DNA of 45,499 nucleotides from Candidatus Humicultor tengchongensis (GTDB lineage Bacteria > Sysuimicrobiota > Sysuimicrobiia > Sysuimicrobiales > Humicultoraceae): positions 1 to 45,499 of the forward strand of contig JAVKIA010000019.1 of NCBI GenBank assembly GCA_031459715.1, in the 5' to 3' direction. Under the pieces are notes generated by a model. That model saw only the letters and a list, made by a program, of their open reading frames with translations. It did not search any database and was not told the DNA's origin. The position numbers were made by a program, and so were the translations under genes. Shown here piece after piece: positions 37,451-45,439 of the stretch; position 1 is the stretch's first letter; each line of letters starts with the position of its first letter.

Positions 37451-38893
37451 ATGGCCTTGCCGGGAAAGCCAGAGCGCGCGGGACGTATGTGGCTGGCCGC
37501 AGCCCTCGGCCTGCTGGTCGCAGGCTCCGCCGCAGCACCCGCCCTGGCCGCCGATCCGTCCGGGAGCGCCACCCTGGCCCGTCAGCCCGAGGCCGCCGTC
37601 AACTTCACCTGGACGCTGGTGGCCGCCTTCCTGGTCTTCTTCATGCAGGCGGGGTTCGCCCTGCTGGGTGCAGGGCTGATCCGCTCCAAGAACACGGTCA
37701 ACTACCTGACCAAGAGCTTCATGGACTTCTGCATGGCCTCGCTCTCCTTCTGGGCCTTCGGCTTCGCCCTGATGTTCGGCGGCTCCAGGCTGGCCCCAGG
37801 CCTGGAGGCCGGAGGCACCCTGGCGGGCTTCTCCGGATTCTTCCTGGCCCGCGGGAGCTACGACGTCTCCGCTGCGATGCTGTGGCTGTTCCAGATGGTC
37901 TTCGCCGCCACGGCGGCGACCATCGTCGCCGGCGCGGTGGCCGAGCGCATGAAGATCACTGCTTACCTGGCCTACAGCTTCCTCATCGGCGCGCTTATCT
38001 ACCCCATCTACGGGCACTGGGTCTGGGGCGGGGGCTGGCTGGCAACCCTGCCCTGGGGCGCGGGGGCGCGGGACTTCGCTGGCTCCGGCGTCGTGCACGC
38101 CGTGGGCGGGCTGCTGGCCCTGGTCGGTGCGGCCATGACCGGTCCGCGCCTGGGGAAATTCAACCGTGACGGCACGGCCAATGCCATCCCCGGCCACAAC
38201 ATGGTCTACGCCGTGACCGGGACGTTTGTCCTTTTCTTCGGCTGGTTCGGCTTCAACGCCGGCAGCACCCTGGCGGCCACCGACCTGCGCACCGCGGTGA
38301 TTGCCACAAACACCTTCCTCGCCGGAACCGCCGGAGCCGTAACCGCCCTCTACTACGCCCTGGTCCGCAGCGGTCGGGCGGATGTGGTCATGGCCTGCAA
38401 CGGCGCGCTGGCCGGCCTGGTGGGGATCACCGCTCCCTGCGCCTACGTGGCGCCGTGGGCGGCGGTGGTGATCGGCGCCGTCGGCGCCCTGATCATGGTG
38501 GGTGTGAGCGCCTTCGTCGAGCGGGTCCTCAAGGTGGACGACCCGGTGGGTGCCATCGCCGTGCACGCGGGCGGGGGGCTGTGGGGCCTGCTCGCGGTGG
38601 GAATTTTTGCCGACGGCACCTACGGAGGCGTCCGCGGGCTGATTACCGGAGCCGGAGGTCAGATGTTGGCGCAACTGGTGAGCATCGGCGCGGTCCTGGC
38701 CTGGAGCCTGGGGACCGGGTTCCTGATGTTCTGGTTCCTCAAGGCGACCATGGGCCTTCGGGCCTCGCCGGAGGAGGAGCTGTCGGGGCTGGACGTCCCC
38801 GAGCACGGGATCGAGTGCTACCCGGAACTGCAACTGGTCCCGGTTATGGGCGCCAGTGAGCCCCCGGCGATGCGACGGGAGGTGGGAGCATGA
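37451..38893 (+). CDS. amt: Ammonium transporter (Amt/MEP family) with an N-terminal signal peptide
   Basis: 480 aa with AGGAGGG 7 nt upstream: ...FLVFFMQAGFALLGAGLIRSKN..., ...AVHAGGGLWGLLAVGIFADG... A signal-like segment MWLAAALGLLVAGSAAAPALAA is present. Confidence 0.93.
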   Translation: MALPGKPERAGRMWLAAALGLLVAGSAAAPALAADPSGSATLARQPEAAVNFTWTLVAAFLVFFMQAGFALLGAGLIRSKNTVNYLTKSFMDFCMASLSFWAFGFALMFGGSRLAPGLEAGGTLAGFSGFFLARGSYDVSAAMLWLFQMVFAATAATIVAGAVAERMKITAYLAYSFLIGALIYPIYGHWVWGGGWLATLPWGAGARDFAGSGVVHAVGGLLALVGAAMTGPRLGKFNRDGTANAIPGHNMVYAVTGTFVLFFGWFGFNAGSTLAATDLRTAVIATNTFLAGTAGAVTALYYALVRSGRADVVMACNGALAGLVGITAPCAYVAPWAAVVIGAVGALIMVGVSAFVERVLKVDDPVGAIAVHAGGGLWGLLAVGIFADGTYGGVRGLITGAGGQMLAQLVSIGAVLAWSLGTGFLMFWFLKATMGLRASPEEELSGLDVPEHGIECYPELQLVPVMGASEPPAMRREVGA

Positions 38894-40092
38894 TCTCCGA
38901 GGTGACAGCCGCTGTCCTCTTCTTCCTCCTGCTGGCCGCGGCCTGGCTGGTCCTGCCCACGCTCTTCGTACACCGGGAGCGGGTGGAGGGAGCGGCACGG
39001 CGGGAGCGACAGAGGCAGGTGGCGGCCGAACGCGTGCACCTGGCCGGCCCCCTGCCGGGAGGTCCGCCCAGGATGCGCTCCCGGGGGGCGCTTGCCGGCA
39101 GGCTGGTGCGCAACTCCCAGGACGGGACCTCTCCAAACGGTACGACTCCCCGCTACTTCTTCGTCGCCGACGGGGGAGCCCACGGCCCGGGTGAACTGCG
39201 CGTCCCCATCTACCACCAGGTCAACCCCCGACCGGACCTGCTGCGCAAGGAGATCTACGTGGCAGAGGTGGCGGGGATGCGGCTGGAGGCCGGCAACCTG
39301 CCGCTTCTGGCAGAGATGCTATCGGTGGAGCTCGCCCGGCTGCGCCGCGGCGGCGCGCTGCCGCGCTACTGGTTCACGCTGCCCGACGGCGGCAGCGTGC
39401 CGGTATTCGCCCGGGGGGAGGGGTTTGAGGCCCGCATACCCGGGGGCCCGCACCTGGTGGAGCAGACGGTGGGCCGGCTGCGTCGCCGCCTGGCGGAGTA
39501 CCTGGCGCCGTTCGGAGAGGCCGCCCGGGGCGGTGGGCCCGAGGTCCTGGTGCTTGGAGCCGACCTGCGCTGCGCCCGGCCGGTTGCGGCCTTCGCCGCT
39601 GGGGAACTCTGGCTGCCGGTCCTGCGTATGGACGGGGCGCTGGTGGTGGAGGAGGCGGTGTATGAGCGCCAGCCCGCGGAGGAGGACGCCGCCGCGCTGC
39701 TCCCCCTGCGCCGCCGCGTCGCCGACCGCCTGGTGGCCCGGGGTCGTGTGCGCTCCCCCGCCGAAGTTCGGATCGAAGAGGTGGAACGGCACGCAGCACA
39801 GCGGCTGCGCCTGCTCCTGGGCCCGCCGGTGGGCCACCTGCCCTGCTTCGGCGCCGAGGGCGGGACGCTGGAGCAGGTTCTGCTCCCGGTCTTCCGCTTC
39901 CAGGGCGAGGTGCTCTGCCCCGGCCGGGCGGACTTCTCCGTCCTCTACGTCGGTCGGGACGAGGAGGAGTTACGCGCTCAGGTGGACGGCTCCTCATGGC
40001 GGGACGGCCTGGGCGCGGCCGCAGACCTTCTCCCGCCCGCCGCAGCAGGGCAGGCCAGGGACAAGACCAGCGCGCTGGGGAGGGTGATCTGA
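38890..40092 (+). CDS. Hypothetical membrane-anchored protein with an internally repeated Arg-rich soluble region (no family recognised)
   Basis: 400-aa ORF with coding-like composition and GC3 bias. Its ATG overlaps the amt stop (ATGA). It has an N-terminal TM helix (AAVLFFLLLAAAWLVLPTLFV) and repeated segments PRYFFVADGG... and PRYWFTLPDGG... The alternative-frame ORF 39092..40087 is Cys/Trp/Arg-rich and rejected. Confidence 0.75.
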   Translation: MISEVTAAVLFFLLLAAAWLVLPTLFVHRERVEGAARRERQRQVAAERVHLAGPLPGGPPRMRSRGALAGRLVRNSQDGTSPNGTTPRYFFVADGGAHGPGELRVPIYHQVNPRPDLLRKEIYVAEVAGMRLEAGNLPLLAEMLSVELARLRRGGALPRYWFTLPDGGSVPVFARGEGFEARIPGGPHLVEQTVGRLRRRLAEYLAPFGEAARGGGPEVLVLGADLRCARPVAAFAAGELWLPVLRMDGALVVEEAVYERQPAEEDAAALLPLRRRVADRLVARGRVRSPAEVRIEEVERHAAQRLRLLLGPPVGHLPCFGAEGGTLEQVLLPVFRFQGEVLCPGRADFSVLYVGRDEEELRAQVDGSSWRDGLGAAADLLPPAAAGQARDKTSALGRVI

Positions 40093-40095
40093 GCC

Positions 40096-41496
40096 ATGGC
40101 AGTGGGATGGATCGTGGCTGCGGGCGTGGTGCTGCTGGGCGCCGCCTTCGCCGTCTGGGCGCTGCGGTACACGAAGGTCGGCCCCAACGAGGTGCTGATC
40201 ATCTCCGGCCGGCGGCGCACGGTGGCGGACCCCAGGGGAGGGAAGCGCACTGTGGGCTACCGCCTGGTGCACGGCGGGGGCACCTTCGTCTGGCCAATCA
40301 AAGAGAAGGTGCAGCGCATGTCCCTGGAGCTGATGACCCTGGAGGTGCGCACCCCCGAGGTATACACGGCCATGGCCGTCCCCGTCACCGTGGACGGGGT
40401 GGCGCAGATCAAGGTGAAGGGCGACGACGCCTCCATCGCCCTGGCCGCGGAACAGTTCCTCTCCCGGTCGCGGGAGGAGGTGATGCGCACCCTGCTGCAG
40501 ACCCTGGAAGGGCACATGCGCGCCATCCTGGGGACCATGGTGGTAGAGGAGATCTACCGCGGGCGGCAGGAGCTGGCCCGCCGCGTGCGCGAGGCCGCCG
40601 CGGAAGACCTGGGGAAGATGGGGATGGAGATCATCTCCCTGACCATCCGCAACGTCACCGACAGTCAGGGCTACCTGGAGGCGCTGGCCCGCCCCCGCAT
40701 CGCCCAGGTGAAGCGCGACGCGGTGAAGGGCGAGGCGGAGGCGGAGTGGGAGGCGCAGCAGGCCCGCTTTGCCGCCGACACCCGCATCGAGGCGGCGCGG
40801 CGGGACATGGAGATCAGCAAGGCAGGCTTCGAGGCGGAGGTGAAGCAGAAGCGGGCCGAGGCCGACCTGAGCTACGACCTGCAGCGGTTCAAGATGGCCC
40901 AGCGGGTGAAGGCGGAGGAAGTGCAGGTGGGCATTGTGGAGAAGCAGAAGGCCGTGGAGCTGCAGGCGCAGGAGATCCTCCGCCGGGAGAAAGAGCTGGT
41001 GGCCACCGTGCTCAAGCCCGCCGAGGTCGAGCGGCAGAAGGTGGAACTTCTGGCGGAGGCCGAGCACTACCGCCTCAAGGCGGAGGGGCAGGGGCGGGCC
41101 GAGGAGATCCGCGCCCGGGGGACGGCCGAGGCCGCGGTGATCAAGGAGAAGGGCCTGGCGGAGGCCGAGGCCATGCTGCGTAAGGCCGACTCCTGGGGGC
41201 GGTACAACGAGGCGGCCATCAGCGAGCTATTCATCAACGTCCTGCCCCAGCTGGCCCGCGCGGTGAGCGAGCCGCTGGCCAGGACCGAGAAGATCGTGGT
41301 GGTGGGCAGCGACGGGAAGGGCACCGGTGCCTCCCGGATCACCGGCGACGTGGCCCAGGTGGTGGCGCAGCTACCGGCCGTGATCGAGGCGCTGACCGGG
41401 ATCAAGCTGCACAAGCTCCTGGAGCGGCTCCCCGCCCTGGCGGCGGCCGGCCGCAGCGAGCCCGGGGACCGCGAGGCGCCTGCCGGGGAGGTGTAG
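40096..41496 (+). CDS. Flotillin / SPFH (band-7) domain protein, FloT/YuaG-like
   Basis: 466 aa. It has an N-terminal membrane hairpin (WIVAAGVVLLGAAFAVWAL), a PHB domain, then EA-rich coiled-coil flotillin repeats (KGEAEAEWEAQQARF..., EKGLAEAEAMLRKA). The start lies 3 nt after the previous stop, with GGGGAGGG upstream. Confidence 0.9.
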   Translation: MAVGWIVAAGVVLLGAAFAVWALRYTKVGPNEVLIISGRRRTVADPRGGKRTVGYRLVHGGGTFVWPIKEKVQRMSLELMTLEVRTPEVYTAMAVPVTVDGVAQIKVKGDDASIALAAEQFLSRSREEVMRTLLQTLEGHMRAILGTMVVEEIYRGRQELARRVREAAAEDLGKMGMEIISLTIRNVTDSQGYLEALARPRIAQVKRDAVKGEAEAEWEAQQARFAADTRIEAARRDMEISKAGFEAEVKQKRAEADLSYDLQRFKMAQRVKAEEVQVGIVEKQKAVELQAQEILRREKELVATVLKPAEVERQKVELLAEAEHYRLKAEGQGRAEEIRARGTAEAAVIKEKGLAEAEAMLRKADSWGRYNEAAISELFINVLPQLARAVSEPLARTEKIVVVGSDGKGTGASRITGDVAQVVAQLPAVIEALTGIKLHKLLERLPALAAAGRSEPGDREAPAGEV

Positions 41497-41499
41497 GGA

Positions 41500-42975
41500 A
41501 TGGCCAAGGCCAGTTTGCGTCCTGCGACGCTCAAACCGACCACAGCCGCGGAGGTGCTGGAGCTGTGCCAGGGGACCGTGGAGGTGCGGGAGCGGCAGCG
41601 GGTGGAGGTGGTCGACCTGCGCTTCGTGGACCTGCTGGGCGCCTGGCAGCACTTCTCCATCCCGGCGGGTGAGCTGAGCGAGGAGCTGTTTGCGGAAGGC
41701 ATCGGGTTCGACGGGTCCAGCATCCGCGGCTTCCAGCACATCCACGAGAGCGACATGCTCCTCCTCCCCGACCCGACCACCGCGCGCATCGACCCCCTGG
41801 GCGATCCTCCCACCCTGGCCATCATCTGCAACGTGGTCGACCCCATCACCCGAGAACCCTACACCCGGGACGCCCGGTTCGTGGCCCAGAAGGCGGAGCG
41901 CTACCTGCGGGCCTCAGGTATCGCCGAAGTCAGCTACTGGGGGCCGGAGGTGGAGTTCTTCGTCTTCGACGACGTGCGCTTCGACCAGAACCAGCACTCC
42001 GGCTACTACTACCTGGATTCCATGGAGGGCGCCTGGAACACCGGGCGGGAGGAGAAGCCCAACCTGGGCTACAAGCCGCGGTACAAGGAGGGCTACTTTC
42101 CCGTCCCGCCCACCGACTCCCTGCAGCCCCTGCGCTCGCGCATGGTCCGCCGCCTGCTGGAGGCCGGCCTGGAGGTGGAGGCGCACCACCACGAGGTGGG
42201 CAGCGGCGGGCAGTGCGAGATCGACCTGCGCTTTACCTCCCTCACCGAGATGGGCGACCGCGTCCTCTGGTACAAGTACGTCGTGCGCAACGTGGCCCGG
42301 GCCGCGGGCAAGGTCGTCACCTTCATGCCCAAGCCGCTGTTTGGAGACAACGGCTCGGGGATGCACACCCACCAGAGCCTGTGGGCGGCGGGCGCCAACC
42401 TGTTCTTCGACCCCCGCGGCTACGCCCAGCTCAGCGAGCTGGCCATGTACTACATCGGGGGGCTGATCAGGCATACCCCGGCCCTGCTGGCCTTCTGCGC
42501 CCCCACCACCAACTCGTACCGCCGCCTGGTACCCGGCTACGAGGCGCCGGTGAACCTGGCCTACGCCCAGCGCAACCGCAGCGCCTGCATCCGCATCCCC
42601 GTCTACTCCGCCAGCCCGGGGGCCAAGCGCATCGAGTACCGCTGCCCCGACCCCACCTGCAACCCCTACCTGGCCTTTGCCGCCATGCTCATGGCCGGCC
42701 TGGACGGCATCGAGCAGCGGATAGACCCCGGGGCGCCCATGGACGTGGACCTGTACGAACTGGCCAGCGGCAACGGCGGCGCGGTCCCGCAGGTGCCTGC
42801 CTCACTCCCCGAGGTGCTGGATGCCCTGGAGGCCGACCACGACTTCCTCCTGCGCGGCGAGGTCTTCACCGAAGACCTCATCCACGCCTGGATCGCCTAC
42901 AAGCGCCACAAGGAGGTGGACGCGGTGCGGCTGCGGCCCCACCCGTGGGAGTTCGCCCTGTACTTTGACGCCTGA
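41500..42975 (+). CDS. glnA: Glutamine synthetase type I
   Basis: 491 aa: ...VDLRFVDLLGAWQHFSIP...FDGSSIRGF...; ...MPKPLFGDNGSGMHTHQSLW...; ...NSYRRLVPGYEAP... The start lies 3 nt after the flotillin stop, with GGGGAGG upstream. Confidence 0.95.
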   Translation: MAKASLRPATLKPTTAAEVLELCQGTVEVRERQRVEVVDLRFVDLLGAWQHFSIPAGELSEELFAEGIGFDGSSIRGFQHIHESDMLLLPDPTTARIDPLGDPPTLAIICNVVDPITREPYTRDARFVAQKAERYLRASGIAEVSYWGPEVEFFVFDDVRFDQNQHSGYYYLDSMEGAWNTGREEKPNLGYKPRYKEGYFPVPPTDSLQPLRSRMVRRLLEAGLEVEAHHHEVGSGGQCEIDLRFTSLTEMGDRVLWYKYVVRNVARAAGKVVTFMPKPLFGDNGSGMHTHQSLWAAGANLFFDPRGYAQLSELAMYYIGGLIRHTPALLAFCAPTTNSYRRLVPGYEAPVNLAYAQRNRSACIRIPVYSASPGAKRIEYRCPDPTCNPYLAFAAMLMAGLDGIEQRIDPGAPMDVDLYELASGNGGAVPQVPASLPEVLDALEADHDFLLRGEVFTEDLIHAWIAYKRHKEVDAVRLRPHPWEFALYFDA

Positions 42976-43085
42976 CGAACCATCCGGACGGGTTCCCGGC
43001 GGACCCGCATCGACACCTTTTCTCAGCCGGAGCCTCTCCGGTACAGGCTACGGAAGGTTATACCATCAAGCCGTTACGTTCGGCG

Positions 43086-43727
43086 GTGAGAATGGCCGGG
43101 TTGCGCAATTTGAAGAAATTACCGGCCACCCTCTTTGGCGTGATGCTGGATGCTCCGGGCATGGATCTGGATCGCCGCATCACAGTCGTCCCGGCGGGCT
43201 GTTCTGCGCCGGCCCTAACTCCTGACGACCTCGCGGCCTACCAGCGCACAGTGGGGGAGATCCTGGACGCCCACCGCCCTGGCCTGCTGGTGGTTGAGAA
43301 CGAGGAAAACTCGGCTCTGTTCTATCGGGGCACACCTCGGGAGTACGGGGCTGAGCTTCAGGCGGCCCACTCAGGTGCAGGAGCAACTGGCACGGGGAAG
43401 GGCGCTGCTGGCGCAGTACCGGGCCGCCGGTGCCGACTTTCTCAGTATCCACCGGTACATTCCCGACCCACAGGCTCTGCGCCAGGCGGTCATCCTCCTG
43501 CGGCAGCGGTTGGGGCTCCGCTGGTAACCAATGAGATCGCCCAGCACGACCACAACCCGCAGACGACCACGGCCCTGCTGACGGCGGTGGCGGACCTGCG
43601 TTTGCCTTACGCGGTGTGGTTCAGCATCGACGCTGCACGGGCCCGGGCGCTGATGAACCCAGACGGGACGCTGCGCCCAACCGGCGAGGCCTTCCGGGCA
43701 TTCATGGCCGGCCGGACACACCGGTAA
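43086..43727 (+). pseudogene. N-terminally truncated, doubly frameshifted remnant of a clan GH-A-like hydrolase gene
   Basis: Frame 0 gives ...GEILDAHRPGLLVVENEENSALFYRGTPREYGAELQAA, and later ...LVTNEIAQHD...LPYAVWFSID... The middle third is protein-like only in the +1 frame, that of track ORF 43294..43527: QVQEQLARGRALLAQYRAAGADFLSIHRYIPDPQALRQAVILLRQRLG. The motif order NE / HxY / NE / W appears only after frame correction. Confidence 0.5.
43242..43316 (+). repeat. Copy A of a duplicated gene segment (encodes QRTVGEILDAHRPGLLVVENEENSA)
   Basis: About 85% nucleotide identity over 75 nt with 45365..45439. Weaker similarity extends about 35 nt further upstream. Confidence 0.8.
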
Positions 43728-43769
43728 GCAGCCGGGTAGGCTGGGCATGGGTCGGGAGGACCAGAAGCA

Positions 43770-44488
43770 GTGCGCCGGTTCCTGATCGACACCGACACCG
43801 CCTCCGACGACGCCGTGGCACTACTCATGGCCCACCGCTGGCCGGACGTGCAGGTGGACGCGGTCACCATCGTCGCCGGCAACGTGCCTGTGGAGATGGG
43901 CGCGCGCAACGCCGGCTACACCATCGAGCTGTGCGGCCAGGAGACACCGGTGTATGTGGGATGCGACCGGCCGCTGCTACGCGAGCCCCGCTGGGCCTTC
44001 TTCTTCCACGGCCCCGACGGCATGGGTGGGATGAACTACCCGCCGCCGAGTTCAACATCTGGGTGGACCCCGAGGCCGCCCGCATTGTGCTTCACTCGGG
44101 GATGCCCATCCTCATGGTGGGCTGGGAGCACTGCCGGGGCCCGGCGGCGTTCGACGAAGCCGGGATGGAAGAGGTCCGCCGCATCGGCACGCCCTACGCC
44201 CGGTTCGTTCTGGACTGCAACCGCACGGCCATCCGGGTGGCTATGGAGTGGCTGGGGGAGCCGGGACTGACGCTGCCGGATCCGGTAACCATGAGCATCG
44301 CCCTGGACCCGGCGGTATGCACTTCACGCGGCCGGCACTTCGTGGAGGTGGAGACCGCCAGCGACCTCACCCGCGGCATGACCGTGGTGGATCGCCACGG
44401 GGTGCTGAACCGGGAGCCCAACGTCGAGGTGTGCTGGGCCATCGACGTACCCCGCTGGAAGGAGACGCTGCTCCGCACGCTGCGCTGA
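43770..44488 (+). pseudogene. Inosine-uridine-preferring nucleoside hydrolase (IUNH/Rih family) with an internal deletion and frameshift
   Basis: The N-terminal part (frame of 43770) reads [19 protein letters not shown]...[17 protein letters not shown]. It then jumps, out of frame at about 44039..44048, directly to [27 protein letters not shown]..., in the frame of track ORF 43616..44488. The ~70 aa that normally lie between these motifs are absent. Confidence 0.65.
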
Positions 44489-44600
44489 GCGGTGGCGGGA
44501 CGGTCAAGTGGCGGGGGCGGTAGGGACGATCACGCGGCGCGAGCGGCGGGAGGAACGATCACCCCGCGCCCGGCGGCAAGGGGACGGTCACGCAGCCCCG
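44489..44600. repeat. Four-copy tandem direct repeat (period 26-29 bp) with core GGRACGRTCA
   Basis: The cores are at 44497 (GGGACGGTCA), 44523 (GGGACGATCA), 44552 (GGAACGATCA) and 44581 (GGGACGGTCA). Each is preceded by a GGCGG-containing flank. The last copy contains the nitroreductase stop codon. Confidence 0.7.
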
Positions 44601-45112
44601 TAGCGCTCCCAGGAGACGATCTGCTCCAGGGGCTTCCGCCCCCTGTGCAGCAACACCCGGTAGACGATACGTTCCACCGGGCTGCGCTTCTTCGCGGGAA
44701 GGCCGAAGGCCACCACCACGGCGAGCTTCATGGAGGGAGGTAGCCCCAGGAGTTCCTTGGCCCTGGCCTCATCGTGCATCACGGTGGGACAGGAGCCCAC
44801 TCCCAGCGCCCAGGCGGCCAGCATCATGTTCTGCGCGCAGCGGCCCGCGTCGAAGCTATCCCGCTCCGCTTCTACGGCCACAGCCACCGCAAACGCCGCG
44901 TCGGCCAGGTGGGCCGCGAACCGACCGCAGCGTGCCAGTTGCTTGAGGCCCTGCCTCTCCGTGACCACCACGAAGTGCCACGGTTGCCGGTTGCGGCTGC
45001 TCCCGCTCCACCGCCCGGCCTCCAGAATCTGCACGATGGTCTCCCTGGGGACCTTCGCGGCGAGGAAGGACCGTACCTCACGCTTGCTCCGGATGCAGCG
45101 GTATGCCTCCAC
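44588..45112 (-). CDS. Nitroreductase family protein
   Basis: 174 aa from GTG 45112 with AGAGG 7 nt upstream: (M)EAYRCIRSKREVRSFLAAKVPRETIVQILEAGRWSGSSRNRQPWHFVVV...CAQNMMLAAWALGVGS... The upstream 95 codons of the track ORF are rejected. Confidence 0.85.
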   Translation of the reverse strand: MEAYRCIRSKREVRSFLAAKVPRETIVQILEAGRWSGSSRNRQPWHFVVVTERQGLKQLARCGRFAAHLADAAFAVAVAVEAERDSFDAGRCAQNMMLAAWALGVGSCPTVMHDEARAKELLGLPPSMKLAVVVAFGLPAKKRSPVERIVYRVLLHRGRKPLEQIVSWERYGAA

Positions 45113-45364
45113 GGCCAGGCCTCTTGAGCCACGCTTCAGGTCCAGTGTACCGTGGTCTGCCGCACCCCGTGCACCCGGGCAACCGCCCCTGAGCGCAGCG
45201 GGAGCCCGGCCGCCCTCGGTCGAATCACAGGCGGGGGAGCGGTCCGGTGGCAGAGGCAGACCAGGAACCCGCAGGAGCACAGCGAGAAGTGGCAGAGGGT
45301 CGCTATGTCCGCCCCAACGACGTCCGCATCTGCGGCCGCACCGCCGGAGGATCCCGCCGCCTTC

Positions 45365-45439
45365 CGGCGCACGGGCGGAGAGATCCTGGACGCGCACCGC
45401 CCCGCGCTCCTGGTGGTCGAGAACGAGGAGAACTCCGCT
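45365..45439 (+). repeat. Copy B of the duplicated segment (encodes RRTGGEILDAHRPALLVVENEENSA); a paralogue fragment that ends abruptly
   Basis: It lies in an ORF opening at ATG 45305 (MSAPTTSASAAAPPEDPAAFRRTGGEILDAHRPALLVVENEENSA). Similarity to copy A stops exactly at 45439/45440. Confidence 0.8.

Noticed and set aside
39092-40087. A 331-aa alternative-frame ORF overlapping the orphan gene
   Set aside because: The translation is extremely Cys/Trp/Arg/Ser-rich, which marks it as out-of-frame. The 38890..40092 frame has normal composition, a TM helix and translational coupling to amt.
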